A stretch of DNA of 64,000 bases from Octopus vulgaris. Lineage: Eukaryota. The first letter of the stretch is position 1. Every line of letters starts with the position of its first letter. This document shows positions 1 through 12,402 of the stretch, piece after piece. Location: contig OX597821.1 of assembly GCA_951406725.2 (NCBI GenBank), forward strand, positions 11,966,001 through 12,030,000, given 5' to 3'. A program made the translations under genes and the position numbers. The notes beneath the pieces are model-generated. The model saw only the letters and a list, made by a program, of their open reading frames with translations. It made no database searches and was not told the DNA's origin.

Positions 1-577
1 TCCTACATAAATCCCAAATTTCCGCAATCTAATGATATTTCATCCCTTAATATCGAAATTAAAAAATATATATAAAAACACGAAGATATTTTCCCCTACA
101 TTTATGACATTCGCTGAACTAAATATCTAAAAAGACACTTTAGAGAATTGAAGTTGTCACATAAGAAGATAAAATATTTAGAAAACATATTTATCAAAAT
201 ATTGAAGAATAAGCTACAAGACATAAATTTTTCATTATATTGATTGCCTGTCTGTTAATTTTCTTATCAGTATCCGGAGAAAGATTGCACCGGTTTTCCC
301 CATGTGTAATATGTACATTACATTACATTAGTATTCATTGATGTTTGAAAAACAGATATTTTTATTTAACATCTTTTACTCGAGAGAATAGATTTCTTAA
401 ATTCTATATCTTTTAGAGTTTTTGCTAATGGTTTTCGGGGAAAATTATAAAAATGAAATGTATGTTCCTACGTATTTGTATGCATATATACCACACTAAT
501 GTAGATATGTGTATATAAAGCGCACGCAAAAAGACACATGGACATACACACACATGTATATACGTATATGTATATTT

Positions 578-633
<56 letters not shown>

Positions 634-1788
634 ATAAATGTAGATATGTATATATATTATATTATATATATATATATTTATATATATATGTGTATGTGTG
701 TATGTAAATGTGTGTGTTAGTATGTATATTAAAAACAATATATTTTGCATGAGAACGTATATGGTTGTTAATGTCTTTCTCTATGTATGTGTAGATGAGT
801 GTTTCTGTGTCTGTGTCTGTGCATGAGTTTATGTGTGTGTGTGTGTGTGTTTATGCATGTGTGTGCTTGCAGTTGTGCATGTGCATATGCGTTTCCATTT
901 GTATATTTTATTTGTATTTTTTACAGAAACTGCACATCGAGTTCAGAGTTATACTGATATCAGGCGTTTGTATTTATTAGCATAACTGAATCTGTACGCA
1001 GTTCTGTATGCATACAAATATGTCGCATTGGCATCTGAATAAAGACAATCATATATATACATATATATATATATATAAATATATAAATAATATGTACACC
1101 TGCGTTTATACATATTTATTTCAGTGTTTAATATTTCTTTTTATAAAGCTGAATAATTTCTTGTTAGATGTTCTCTCTTTTGAATGAAATTTGTAGAAAT
1201 CTCATCGATGTTTCATATTATCCTTTTTAACATAAAATTTAATACTGCCACATCGACGTGGCTTTTGTAAAGTAAATTTTAAGAGCAGTATTCTCTGCAT
1301 GCACAAGTATTGATATATATAATTGGAAGGGTATATGTATATATATATATATATACACATATATTTGAAAGAAGGTTTGAAAATGCAATTTTATAATATG
1401 TGTATTCACTTGACCGGTTTCACTGTTTTAAAAAATGATTGTCATTTGTAACATGTAAAAGCTTTGTTGTGTTAGGTACTGGTTGTCACAAAATATTACA
1501 CTACATATATACATTCTTTGATAATAATAAGAACATGTTAAAAACAGTTCACAAGGAAAAATCTTGAGAAAATATTAAAAAGTTCATTAATATTTTGGGT
1601 ACAAAAAATTACAATACATATTTAGTTTCTTTGATAATAATCACAAAATGTTAAAAACAGCTTACATAAAAATTTTTATTGAGAAATTATTAAGAAATTC
1701 ACAAAACCTATTAGGATTTCAATAGAAATCATGTTTGTTTGGAAGTATCTATATATATACACAGAAAATTATAAGTTCAAAAAGGTCT

Positions 1789-2018
1789 TTATACTGTGAA
1801 ATTCAATTTAATACTAAATTGAACTTTCCCCTGTAAGTTTGGAGTTTTACTCCCAAATATTTTATTATATTATATATATATATATATATTTTATATATAT
1901 TCATATATATATATATATTTACTTAATGCATGTAGGAATGTATGTATGTATGCACATATGTATATGTATATATATATATATACATATACATATGTACATA
2001 CGTACATACATTCCTACA

Positions 2019-2068
<50 letters not shown>

Positions 2069-2135
2069 TTTGGGAGTATAACTCCAAACTTAAAGGGAAA
2101 ATTCAATTTAGTATTAAATCAAATTTCACAGTATA
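1789..2135. repeat. Fold-back palindrome centred on (TA)n near 1975
   Basis: 1789-1862 (ttatactgtgaaatt...ctcccaaatattt) is the reverse complement of 2064-2135. Inner arms 1931-1968 and 1981-2018 differ at only 2 positions. Confidence 0.9.
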
Positions 2136-2149
2136 AATATATAACATAC

Positions 2150-2607
2150 AAATTAGAGATAAAACGACTATTATGCAACTCAAGCAGTGATAGACATAAA
2201 TCAAAGCATAACTAACAAATGATATACATTTTTGTAAAACATATAACTTATAACTAGATCTCAAAAAGAATAAAAATTAATGATCAATATATAAGTAAAA
2301 AAACGTAGTTGTAGGAAATAAACCTAATATTTTAAGTTCCTAATTTAGTTAATAAAAATTATTTTATTTATTTTTCAAATAAATATTGTTTAAATCTATT
2401 TGCTTATATATTTATTTAACCATTATCATTAACCTGAAGATTGACTATAATTTTAAATCAAATTCATTTCAATTGAATTTTAAATCAAGTGTAATTCGAA
2501 TTTAATTGTAGCCATGAAACGTACGCAGTTTTTTACTTGTTATTAACGTTTTGGTTTATGTGTATCACTGTTTGAGTTGCAGAATAGTGGTTTTTATCTC
2601 TAATTGA
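2150..2607 (+). mobile_element. Penelope-like element 3' fragment with inverted terminal (pLTR-like) copy
   Basis: 2151-2227 is an inverted copy of 2528-2606. Contains an HHR at 2431-2530 and is followed by (AT)n. Confidence 0.65.
2431..2530 (+). ncRNA. Hammerhead ribozyme motif (long helix II; U16.1 appears mutated to C)
   Basis: AAC-CTGAAGA-T-TGACTATAATT...AATTGTAGCCA-T-GAAA-CGTACG-CA-GTT. Stem I is AAC/GTT and the helix III segment CGTACG is palindromic. Confidence 0.7.
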
Positions 2608-2624
2608 TATATATATATATAATT

Positions 2625-3010
2625 ATGAGCAAAATAAAATTTCCTAAGTCTTTTAACGATTTCCAACATAAATTGAAAAAAAGATATTAATCATATAAAG
2701 AGCTCCAAGAAAAAAGCACTTTCTTCGGATAAAACCAAGAACTTATACCTGGTAGATAACAGCAAATACACACAACTCTTACACAACAGCATCATTAATA
2801 ATTATACTAAGGCTAGCGCACAGACATATAACGAAATCAATAAAGAAGCTAGCGTCATCGCCGCTAAACTTAAATTAGATAAAAAAATAGAAGCCCTTCC
2901 CCAAAAAGAGGCCTTTATTACTATTAAAGATCATGAAGAAAACTTCCTTTCCAACCCTAAATGTAGGCTTATCAACCCAGCCAAGTCAGAACTTGGGATT
3001 TAGTATAAGC
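2625..3010 (+). pseudogene. Penelope-like retroelement ORF fragment (region leading into the RT), frameshifted
   Basis: Translates as MSKIKFPKSFNDFQHKLK/DINHIKSSKKKALSSDKTKNLYLVDNSKYTQLLHNSI...EAFITIKDHEENFLSNPKCRLINPAKSELG. This matches the recalled DKTxNLY...KDHKxNF..NPKCRLINPAKSE.G motif of invertebrate PLEs. Confidence 0.8.
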
Positions 3011-3376
3011 CCTATACTAACGGCAGCGGAAGGTGCGGTCTATGCGACATGGAGAGATGGCTTATCTGGAAAAGCAGCTTAGACCCTACTACATGTCTAA
3101 ATACAAGGACAGAGCTTTTCGGATCATGCCCACATGTGACTAAGTTTCTGTTACGTTTTTGGTCCCCTAAAGAAAACAGATAGAACATGCTTTCTATGTT
3201 ATGTCCCAAGAAGAATTTATATATTTTTATATATTTTTTATATATTTTTTATGTATTTTTATATAATTTTTATGACGAAAAATGCGAGCGATGTATAAGT
3301 ACGCAGGCAAGCAGAGTTATAACAGAGTAATTTCCCTTTATTTAACGGTATTTTTTCATAACGTTTTCAAATAGCC

Positions 3377-3439
3377 AGATAACCGAAGAGATGGTGCTGT
3401 GGATTTCCACTTCGGCATCTGAAACTCAGAGTTTTATCT
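3377..3439 (+). ncRNA. Hammerhead ribozyme motif, U4C core variant, in a pLTR-like fragment (about 3310-3538)
   Basis: AGATAA-CCGAAGA-GATG...CATC-T-GAAA-CTCAGAG-TT-TTATCT, with a perfect 6-bp stem I. CCGAAGA is also present in the related sequence at 36390-36419. Confidence 0.7.
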
Positions 3440-3533
3440 TGACTACCGAGTAGTGTAACATATTGTATAGATAAATTTCCTCTATTTACATAATATTGAG
3501 GTCTCTTTCTTTCTTTTGTTATCTTACCGTTTT

Positions 3534-3596
<63 letters not shown>

Positions 3597-3630
3597 ATGT
3601 GTGTATAAATATATACATACATATATATAT

Positions 3631-3889
3631 TAGGAGCACTCGTCGGTTGCGATGGCGAGTGTCCCAGCTGATACTATCAACGGAGAAGCTTGTTCGTGAT
3701 ATTAACGAGCAAGTGGCTGAGCCCTCCATAGAGACATGAACCCTTCACGTAGTTCCCAGGGAGATTCAGGTTGCCACGGAATGTGACGAGGCAGGCTCTT
3801 TGAAATATAGGTGCTATTTATTTTTCCCACTGGAGCAACGTGAAATAAATGTTTTGCCCAAGGACAAAACGCGTCGCCGGGAATTGAAG
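3631..3889 (-). mobile_element. SINE (family C), decayed; related fragment at about 10848-10955
   Basis: Minus strand begins with B-box-like TTCAATTCCCGG. It shares ggagcaacgtg.aat.a...caaggaca.aacgc with 10852-10890. Confidence 0.6.
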
Positions 3890-3914
3890 TCATACACACA
3901 CACGCACACTTTCA

Positions 3915-3955
<41 letters not shown>

Positions 3956-3998
3956 AAAAAAGGAGATGTCGAACACGAGTGGTGATATATAAAAAAGG

Positions 3999-4290
3999 AA
4001 ATGAAGAAAATGCTGACAAATAATTGAAGTAATTTAAGTAATTTAATTAGGTGAAAGTTCTTTTTACCGGTTGCGCATTTGTTATGCTTATCAAAATATA
4101 AAAGAGAGAATAGAGTTCCTTTCTTATAGAATTTTTCCTCTTATCTCAGATAAGAGGAAAAATTCTATAAGAAAGGAACTCTATTCTCTCTTCTATATTT
4201 TGATAAGCATAACAAATGCGCAACCGGTAAAAGAACTTTCACCTAATTAAATTACTTAAATTACTTCAATTATTTGTCAGCATTTTCTTC

Positions 4291-4294
<4 letters not shown>
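3999..4294. repeat. Near-perfect palindrome (about 148-bp arms, 1-nt loop at 4147) of a pLTR-like fragment
   Basis: Centre ...cctcttatct-c-agataagagg... The arms differ by one substitution and one 1-nt indel, with (TA)n nearby on both sides. Confidence 0.95.
4191..4235 (+). ncRNA. Hammerhead-like motif, U3:A8 variant with GAAA changed to GCAA (mirror copy on - strand at about 4058-4103)
   Basis: TT-TTGATAA-GCAT-AACAA-ATGC-GCAA-CCGG-TA-AAAGAA. Has a 4-bp stem II and a palindromic CCGG. Confidence 0.55.
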
Positions 4295-4387
<93 letters not shown>

Positions 4388-4410
4388 ATATTGTGTGTGT
4401 GTGTGTGTGT

Positions 4411-4698
4411 GGAGGCGCAATGGCCCAGTGGTTAGGGCAACGGACTCGCGGTCGTAGGATCGCGTTTTCGATTCCCAGACCGGGCGTTGTGAGTGTTTAT
4501 TGAGCGAAAACACCAACAAAGCTCCACGAGGCTCGGGCAGGGGGTGGTGATCCCTGCTGTACTCTTTCACCACTCTTTCTTTCTGGCCTGCTCGCTTAGC
4601 CAGCGGGGTGGCGTCATTCAGAGGCTAAAACAATGCGAACTCATTGTGACAACCGATGTGTAACATCTGATGGTGTGGTCGGTCACGTGATCACGTGA
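4411..4698 (+). mobile_element. tRNA-derived SINE (family D) with RTE-like 3' tail
   Basis: A box TGGCCCAGTGG, B box GTTTTCGATTCCC; ends in cacgtgatcacgtga. The head is shared with 39600-39766. Confidence 0.85.
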
Positions 4699-4724
4699 TA
4701 TATACATATATATATATATATTAC

Positions 4725-4926
4725 GGAGATGTACTCGCACAGCAAGTAATTTGATCTGAGATCGTATGCTGAAACGAAAACAATTGCAGCGTGGAAGGTG
4801 TTTGTAAGCCATTTAAGAAACACACAAAAGCCGTTCGATTCACTTCAACATTTAAGTTTAATTTGTCAAAATATTTTCGTCGCTAAAATCCGCGACCTGT
4901 TCACTGACAAAAATCCGTGATGCAGC

Positions 4927-4931
<5 letters not shown>
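4725..4931 (-). mobile_element. About 205-bp HHR-bearing dispersed repeat (pLTR-like), copy 1
   Basis: Nearly identical to 53039-53244 and to 56920-57069 (opposite strand); embedded in (TA)n. Confidence 0.85.
4862..4911 (-). ncRNA. Minimal hammerhead ribozyme motif, G3:C8 covariant core
   Basis: Minus strand reads TTTGTCA-GTGAACA-G-GTCGC-GGATTTTA-GCGAC-GAAA-ATAT-TT-TGACAAA: 7-bp stem I, 5-bp stem II, palindromic ATAT. Confidence 0.8.
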
Positions 4932-4984
<53 letters not shown>

Positions 4985-5716
4985 AATTGAAAATGTGTGT
5001 GTGTGTGTTTATATATGCATCGATGTATCAGATATGAATCGCTTAGGGATTTGCGTTCATAAGGCCAATGTTAGCCTGTCTTCAAAATCACAAATTATAT
5101 GGCATGAAACTTCTCAGTTGGTATTAAAGTCGCAAGCAGAGGATTATAAAAGAAATCTATAAAGATCACTTCTTTTACCAGATATATTTTATTGTATATT
5201 CATATAGTAATTCTGTTTTAGGTTTTACTTTTCTTTGTTACATCATAGGAATGTTAAGGATGAGTAAATGCTGCGTAAGGTCCGTTACCTTGTATTAAGA
5301 CTTGATATTTCCATTCTTACCAGTTGTATAATTGTACATAATTATTAGTACTGCTAATGATTTCATCGAACAAAAAAGAAAACACAATGTACGTTTCCCC
5401 CTTCTCTCTCTCTCTCCCTCTCTCTCTACCAGTCTATCTATTTATCCATCTGTCTGTCTGCCTATTTCTCTGTCTGTTTGTGTATCTGTCTACATATCTA
5501 TCTGTGCGCCTGTGCGTGCTTGAGTGTGTATGTTTGGTTGTACATATATGGGTTCATTACTGAAATATTATATTAATCTAGATTTACAATTTGGAACTCG
5601 ATCGAAATAAGTACGCAAAACTAGTACTATATTAAAATTTTAAGACAGTAGATACCGATCATACAGCACGGATAACAGGTTCAGTTATGTATGAATATCG
5701 TAGATTAAAAATGTAA

Positions 5717-6148
5717 GAGCTGGCAGAATTGTTAGTACGCTGGACGAAATGCTTAGCGGTATTTCGTCTGTCTTTACGTTCTGAGTTCAAATTCCACCGA
5801 GGTTGATTATGACTTTCTTCCATTTGGGGGCGATAAATTACGTACCAGTTACGTACTGGGGTCGATCTGATCGATTGGCCCCATTTCCCAAAATTTCGGG
5901 CCTTGTGCCTAGAATACAAAAGTATATTGCAGATGGGGAAAAGGCGGCGAGCTGGCAGAAACATTAGCACGCCGGACGAAATGCTTAGCGTTATTTCGAC
6001 TGTTCTGAGTTAAATTACGGCCGATGTCGACTTTGCCTCTCATCCATTCGAGGTCGATAAATTAACTACCAGATGCGTTCTGGGGTCGGTCGAATCGACT
6101 GGCCAGCTCCCCAAATGTTCGGGCTTTGTGGCTAGAGTAGAAAAGAAT
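5717..6148 (+). mobile_element. Two tandem copies of SINE family B
   Basis: gagctggcagaa..gttag.acgc.ggacgaaatgcttagcg...gttctgagtt.aaatt occurs at 5717 and 5950. Same family as 36756-37159. Confidence 0.85.
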
Positions 6149-6438
6149 ACCTGGTGATGATTGTTTTAAGCATGATACGTTTATATTATTTTTTAAACAT
6201 GATACTCGAGGAGCTATAGTCAGCGAAATGCACTTCAGAATATTATTCTTAATCATTCTATGCATTTGAAAGACATGCAAAATATTTCAGACAAACATCT
6301 GCCAACATTAATTTGAGAGACAGCACACACGGTCACATTTTTCTAGACACAAATGTATGGAATATAAATAGCATGTTAGTCACGGCTGAAATACTTTTGC
6401 ATGTACCATTGCTCGATCGGTTTATAACAAAAAATTCC

Positions 6439-6498
<60 letters not shown>

Positions 6499-6502
6499 TT
6501 AG

Positions 6503-6555
<53 letters not shown>

Positions 6556-6564
6556 GACAGAGAC

Positions 6565-6605
<41 letters not shown>

Positions 6606-9564
6606 AGATCAAGACAAATGCAATGTACACGTTTCCTCGATGTAATTAGCTAATTATTTTAACACGCACGGGAGACATGTAATATGATTTGCTTTTATTA
6701 AGACATCATCAGTCAAACACAGTTCTCACATTCGTCCAAATAATATTCTGTTAATCTTTTAGTTACATGAACGCACAGACAAAATGTTTGCCACTTCCCA
6801 ATACTTTACGGCATTAGAAATGTTAACACTAACTTATCCACTATTTGTCAATGCATATGCAACGTTTCAGTAATTTGTTCTCAAATTAATTTTAGTGTAC
6901 AGCAAAGAAACAAAAGTTTCACAATGCTGGCATTAAATTTGATTTTATGAAGTTAGCCAACTGGAATTCTGAAATAATCACTATGAACTTCAAGCAGAAT
7001 GTGATAAGAAATAAACCAAACATGTTCAATATGGACTCTGAATAGTGAAGCATTGTAATGTGTAAGGATTCTTAACATAGCATATCAGTCGCTGTGGCAC
7101 TCTAGTAAATAATTCATCCAAATTTTGGTAAAGGGCCAGAAGTTTTAGAGGTAGGAGGAATGTTTCATATATCAACCTTAATGTGTCTGTTAACTTGTAT
7201 TAATTGGTTGTGTCTATCTATTAATCTATCAATACCTTGTATTAGTAGATTGGTACTTCATTTCATCGACCCCAAAATAATGACAAGTAAATTTAAATTT
7301 GGTGGCGTTTTAAACTCAGAATTTAAGGAGCCAGTACAAATGCCGCAAAAAAGTTTTATCCGACATGCTAACGATTCTTTCAGATCGTCACTCCTGGTTT
7401 CCGATTTAGGCACAAGGCCAGTAATGTTGAAGTGAGAGTGTTAGTCGATATAATTGATCATGTACTTGTGTGTAATCTATTTACTCGGAGCTGGAAAGAT
7501 TAACTTTGAAGTTCACATCCACGTTGTTTCAATTCAGAGGCTAAAGAACCTTAACGAAATATCGCAAGAATGTTTGGGGTGATTCTGCTTATCACATTGC
7601 CTTTCTCTCTATTTAATAACACTATGTAACAAATTTCTTCTCTATTTATTCAATCAACAAGTGTTACTTCCAATTTGCTTCTCTCTAAAAATCAATGGAA
7701 ATGATTACCATTCCCTACATACTTTGCTTTTCAGACTTGGACATCAACGTTTTAAGAATGACATATTTTCTATTACCTTTCAAACAGATTCTGCGCTGTG
7801 TTGCTGAAGTAGAAATATCGTTATAGCAAGTATTGTGGTCAATAAAACATATTTGCATGTCGATTGCTTGACCGTAACTACTTGAACATGTCCCATAGTG
7901 GGTAACAATATATGTATCTCTGATCATGAGCAGGAGTTGTTGGGGAGCATCATAGCCATGTGTTAAGAGGGAATATTTGGAGTTTGAATAAATATTACAA
8001 AAGTAAAGATGGAAGGAAATACCAGACATTTTTCATACTTTCCAGGTTTAAGTATAAAATAACTTGACAAAAAATATAGAGAGTGTGTCAGAAAAAGGTA
8101 GAGTCGGTGGAACTTGGAACGAGACAGTTGCACAACGTTCGAGTATGGGTGAAAAAGCTTTTTGTCCATTTCGACAGTCTGCACTGCAAACATACATTGC
8201 TCCGATCTCGGTTTTGTCTTTTTATCTTTTCAGGGTCACTTGCATCAGGAACAATCAACGGTGGGGTATTGTAGGAATTTCAGATTGTTGTATGTTGGAT
8301 ATTGAGGGCTCTACTTGCAGCTCTTTGCATTCTGAGATTTTGCATCGTAGAACAGGAATATATGGTAGTGACTTTTAGGGAATTCCATGTTTTCCACTCA
8401 TTCTTATCAGACTGTTGGTTTGCGAATGATTCCTTCCATATCTACCACTAATCTCGATGACCTGAAAATATAGAATGTCATGGGTACTACCCCACACTAC
8501 CTAACTTATAAGAAAATAAAAGGAGACAACATATAAAATTCCAACGTTTCGAAACGTAGTCCTTTATTAGAAGAATTAAATCAACAGAGGGACTATGAAA
8601 TTTGCATTATGCACCAGTGTAATTTCAAGTCCCAATGTTCAAAGCAAAACACAGAATAATACAAGAATTAATTCTATCACAGGCTTAAGGGTAGAGATTC
8701 GGGAAGAAATGGTACTGTTGATTAAATCAATACTTGACTGATACTGTATTTTATTAAACCGAAATGATGAAAGGTAAAGTTAACTTCGGCCTGATTGAAA
8801 ATCCTAGTGTAATGAACCGTCACTAAATATCTCAATGTATTTTATCTGGCGAGCTTTCGTGACGGCCACTAATGATATCGACGTATAAAATAAGTATTGA
8901 TTTCTGATAAAGGCATGGTGCCAGATATTAGTGGTGTTAGTTTTGATTGTGAAGGAAAAAGTACTGTTTATTATGATAATTGTAGTAGTAATGATCGTAT
9001 TAATGATGGTTCCGATCTCTCCCGCCACGCAAAGTTTGTACAATTGTACGTGAATAAACTTTAGTGCAGACTATATTTGATTAGTATTTGCTTAGTACTT
9101 TATATTGTCGAAGTTGGACAGATGCACTATAAACTTGAACATAACTCCATGTGAGGTCACACTAGAGAACAAAACCTTGTAAATAAATATATCTTTTGTT
9201 TCTGATTTTCACGATTACGAGAAATGCATAAATATGGATATTTATTTTGCTGCATTTTTTTTACAACCAGCAGATAACAATTGTCTATTTCCAACACGAG
9301 AACGGGTACTTTATAGTATTCACCCGTTGGATGTTGTACGGTTGTGTTTGTTAGAACAACCAACGGAAACTATAATAATACTTTTGTATTGTTTAAACAT
9401 CAAAGAGAAAATTAACTCTTCATACATAATGCAACTTGAACCATCTACAAAGGCAATAAGAGTAAAAGTTTTGAACGTATAAATATGAGTCTGCGATAGT
9501 TGTACATACATATATACAGATATACATACACTGTTGGCATGACTGTTATTGTATTCATTTGATA

Positions 9565-9650
9565 CATATATATATATATATGTATATATATATACATATA
9601 TATGTATATATATATATACATATATATATATATGTATATATATATATGTA

Positions 9651-9681
<31 letters not shown>

Positions 9682-9696
9682 GTATATATATATGTA

Positions 9697-9727
<31 letters not shown>

Positions 9728-9780
9728 GTATATATATATATATAAATATATATGTATATATATATACATATATATATATG

Positions 9781-9811
<31 letters not shown>

Positions 9812-9830
9812 GTATATATATATGTATATA

Positions 9831-9863
<33 letters not shown>

Positions 9864-9876
9864 GTATATATATATG

Positions 9877-9907
<31 letters not shown>

Positions 9908-9950
9908 GTTGTGTGTGTATGAATAATGCATGCATAAATGTACGTATATA

Positions 9951-9992
<42 letters not shown>
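9565..9992. repeat. Compound (TA)n microsatellite (one of many; e.g. 11620-11830, 23077-23340, 38038-38214, 39767-39990, 47460-47570, 48093-48360)
   Basis: Read directly. Confidence 0.95.
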
Positions 9993-9994
<2 letters not shown>

Positions 9995-11003
9995 ACACAA
10001 ACACACACACACATGCAGACATCATTTGCATGTGTAGGCGCAGGCATGGTTCTGTTAAGAGGATTGTTGTGCAACCATGCGGTGTCTGGTTCAGTTTACA
10101 CTATGGCACCTTGGAATGTGCTTTCTATTATCGCTCCTTGTTAGTAAATTTGTTATACGAAAACTAAACTGCGTTGCAGCCGCCCATGCATATGCAGAAC
10201 AAGAGGAGACAAGTGTGGTGGCGTATCGCTGAAGTGGTCACAAGATATGTGACAAAAGATTTCCTGACAATGGACATAAAGTAAGAACAATAATAAATCT
10301 GGAGTGAAGTCCGTGTGTTTATTTGGTAAGAAAGAAATGACCGACGCGAAATTTAACAATATTTATCAGTTTTACTGTGAGAAAATTGTAAAAACATACA
10401 ACAAAGTATTCTTTCTTTATTGTTACATATGTGAAAATCCATCCTAGACAAGTTTGTTCGAACATATTCTAAAGATGCCCTTTACAACGTTACTTATCTT
10501 TATTACAATGAGGCGTATCTCAAATATATTTTTTCCGATGTTTATGCCACATATTATCCTTACATTTATATTAAAAAGTGTTACATTTGGCTAAGATATA
10601 ACGTTAGGATCTAAATTTTATTTCAAATTCTGCCATTGAGGACCTAAATATAATTTCTGGAAATTCATTGTCGAATGACAAATTATTTCTTTACAGAAGA
10701 TCAAAGTGGGTAACCTAAATTTCCTGTACAATTAGCATAGCGAGTTATGCATTTAAATTAAAAATGACATTCCAAGGTAACACGAGGAGGGGAAAACTCT
10801 AAAGAGAGACGGGCTGTTCTTGTAGATTGTAGGTACTTATCTTGAATTGAGTGGAGCAACGTGGAATGATATCCGTCTCAAGGACACAACGCACGATGCA
10901 ATCGAACCCATCATCTTATGATTGCGTGTCTAACACACTAACTGCATAGCTACGCTCATACCTTCATGCACACGTACATATATATACTGATACATGTGAT
11001 ACA

Positions 11004-11426
11004 GGCGCAGGAGTGGCTGTGTGGTAAGTAGCTTGCTAACCAACCACATGGTTCCGGGTTCAGTCCCACTGCGTGGCATCTTGGGCAAGTGTCTTCTGCT
11101 ATAGCCCCGGGCCGACCAATGCCTTGTGAGTGGATTTGGTAGACGGAAACTGAAAGAAGCCTGTCGTATATATGTATATATATATATATATGTATGTGTG
11201 TGTAGGTGTTTGTGTGTCTGTGTTTGTCCCCCTAGCATTGCTTGACAACCGATGCTGGTGTGTTTACGTCCCCGTCACTTAGCGGTTCGGCAAAAGAGAC
11301 CGATAGAATAAGTATTGGGCTTACAAAGAATAAGTCCCGGGGTCGATTTGCTCGACTAAAGGCGGTGCTCCAGCATGGCCGCAGTCAAATGACTGAAACA
11401 AGTAAAAGAGTAAAGAGCAAAAGAGT
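11004..11426 (+). mobile_element. tRNA-derived SINE (family A), near full length
   Basis: A box TGGCTGTGTGG, B box GGTTCAGTCCC, internal microsatellite, (aaagagt)n-like tail. Near-identical inverted copy at 57088-57493. Confidence 0.9.
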
Positions 11427-11622
11427 ATGTATGTTTATATGTGTCATGCCTTTCGCAGTCTCTTCACGGAAAAAGACATTTCTATCTTGTCGTTATTAGT
11501 ATTATTATTTGCACCATCTTAGTGACACGATTCTGTTCGGTAAGCTGGTGCATTTCTTTTCAAAAATTGTAGCCTGCTGGTGTAATTGGTTCTGTTTAAT
11601 ACTTCAGAATGCTGAATATTTA

Positions 11623-11809
<187 letters not shown>

Positions 11810-12402
11810 ATGTATATGTATATATATATTTCTTAGTCTCTTCATGTCTATCAAAGAATTTTTTAACCATTCTATAGAACTGTTATAGGTCTTGGTTCAT
11901 TTCGAAATATCACAGGAATTTTTCACAATAGCCCCGATATCTGCGATAGCTCACTCTGTGTTCTTGTCTCACCAAGGTGAATGAAGCTTTCTTTTCTTTT
12001 TATATTTTGTGCATTTGTTTAATTTCGCTGTTCTATTAATTCAATGATCTTTACAAAATAGTTCAGTTCTTTCCATTTATTTTACGACATCCAACTACTG
12101 TATTTTGCATCTTTAATTTTTTTTTTTTTTTACGATTATGCTTGAACTTATGGAAAAATTTATTGGAAATAGTATTAATTATTCGGGGGAATGGACAGGT
12201 TCCTATGCTAACGTGTCATTATTTGACTCCATGATGTATGTATGAATGAATGGATGTGCGTTTGGATCTCTATATGTATGTTTGCATTCATATGTGTAGG
12301 AATGCATCTATGTATGTATGTATGTATCTATGTATGTATGTACGTACGTACACACGTATATACGTATGTATGTATGTACGTTCGTTTTTATGTACTTATA
12401 TA

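Noticed and set aside
1405-1460. GAAACCGGTC on the minus strand; similar partial HHR traces near 290, 6675-6715, 8540-8580, 17415-17455, 34620-34650 and 54455-54490
   Set aside because: Each has two or more core defects. They may be dead PLE HHRs but cannot be supported individually.
4411-4485. tRNA-like sequences at SINE heads (also 11004-11075 and 39690-39766)
   Set aside because: They continue into SINE bodies, so they are SINE heads rather than tRNA genes.
7715-8029. 104-aa minus ORF with faint GIY-YIG-like spacing (YIVTH..CSSSYGQA...FIDH)
   Set aside because: Similarity is too weak to call without a profile search.
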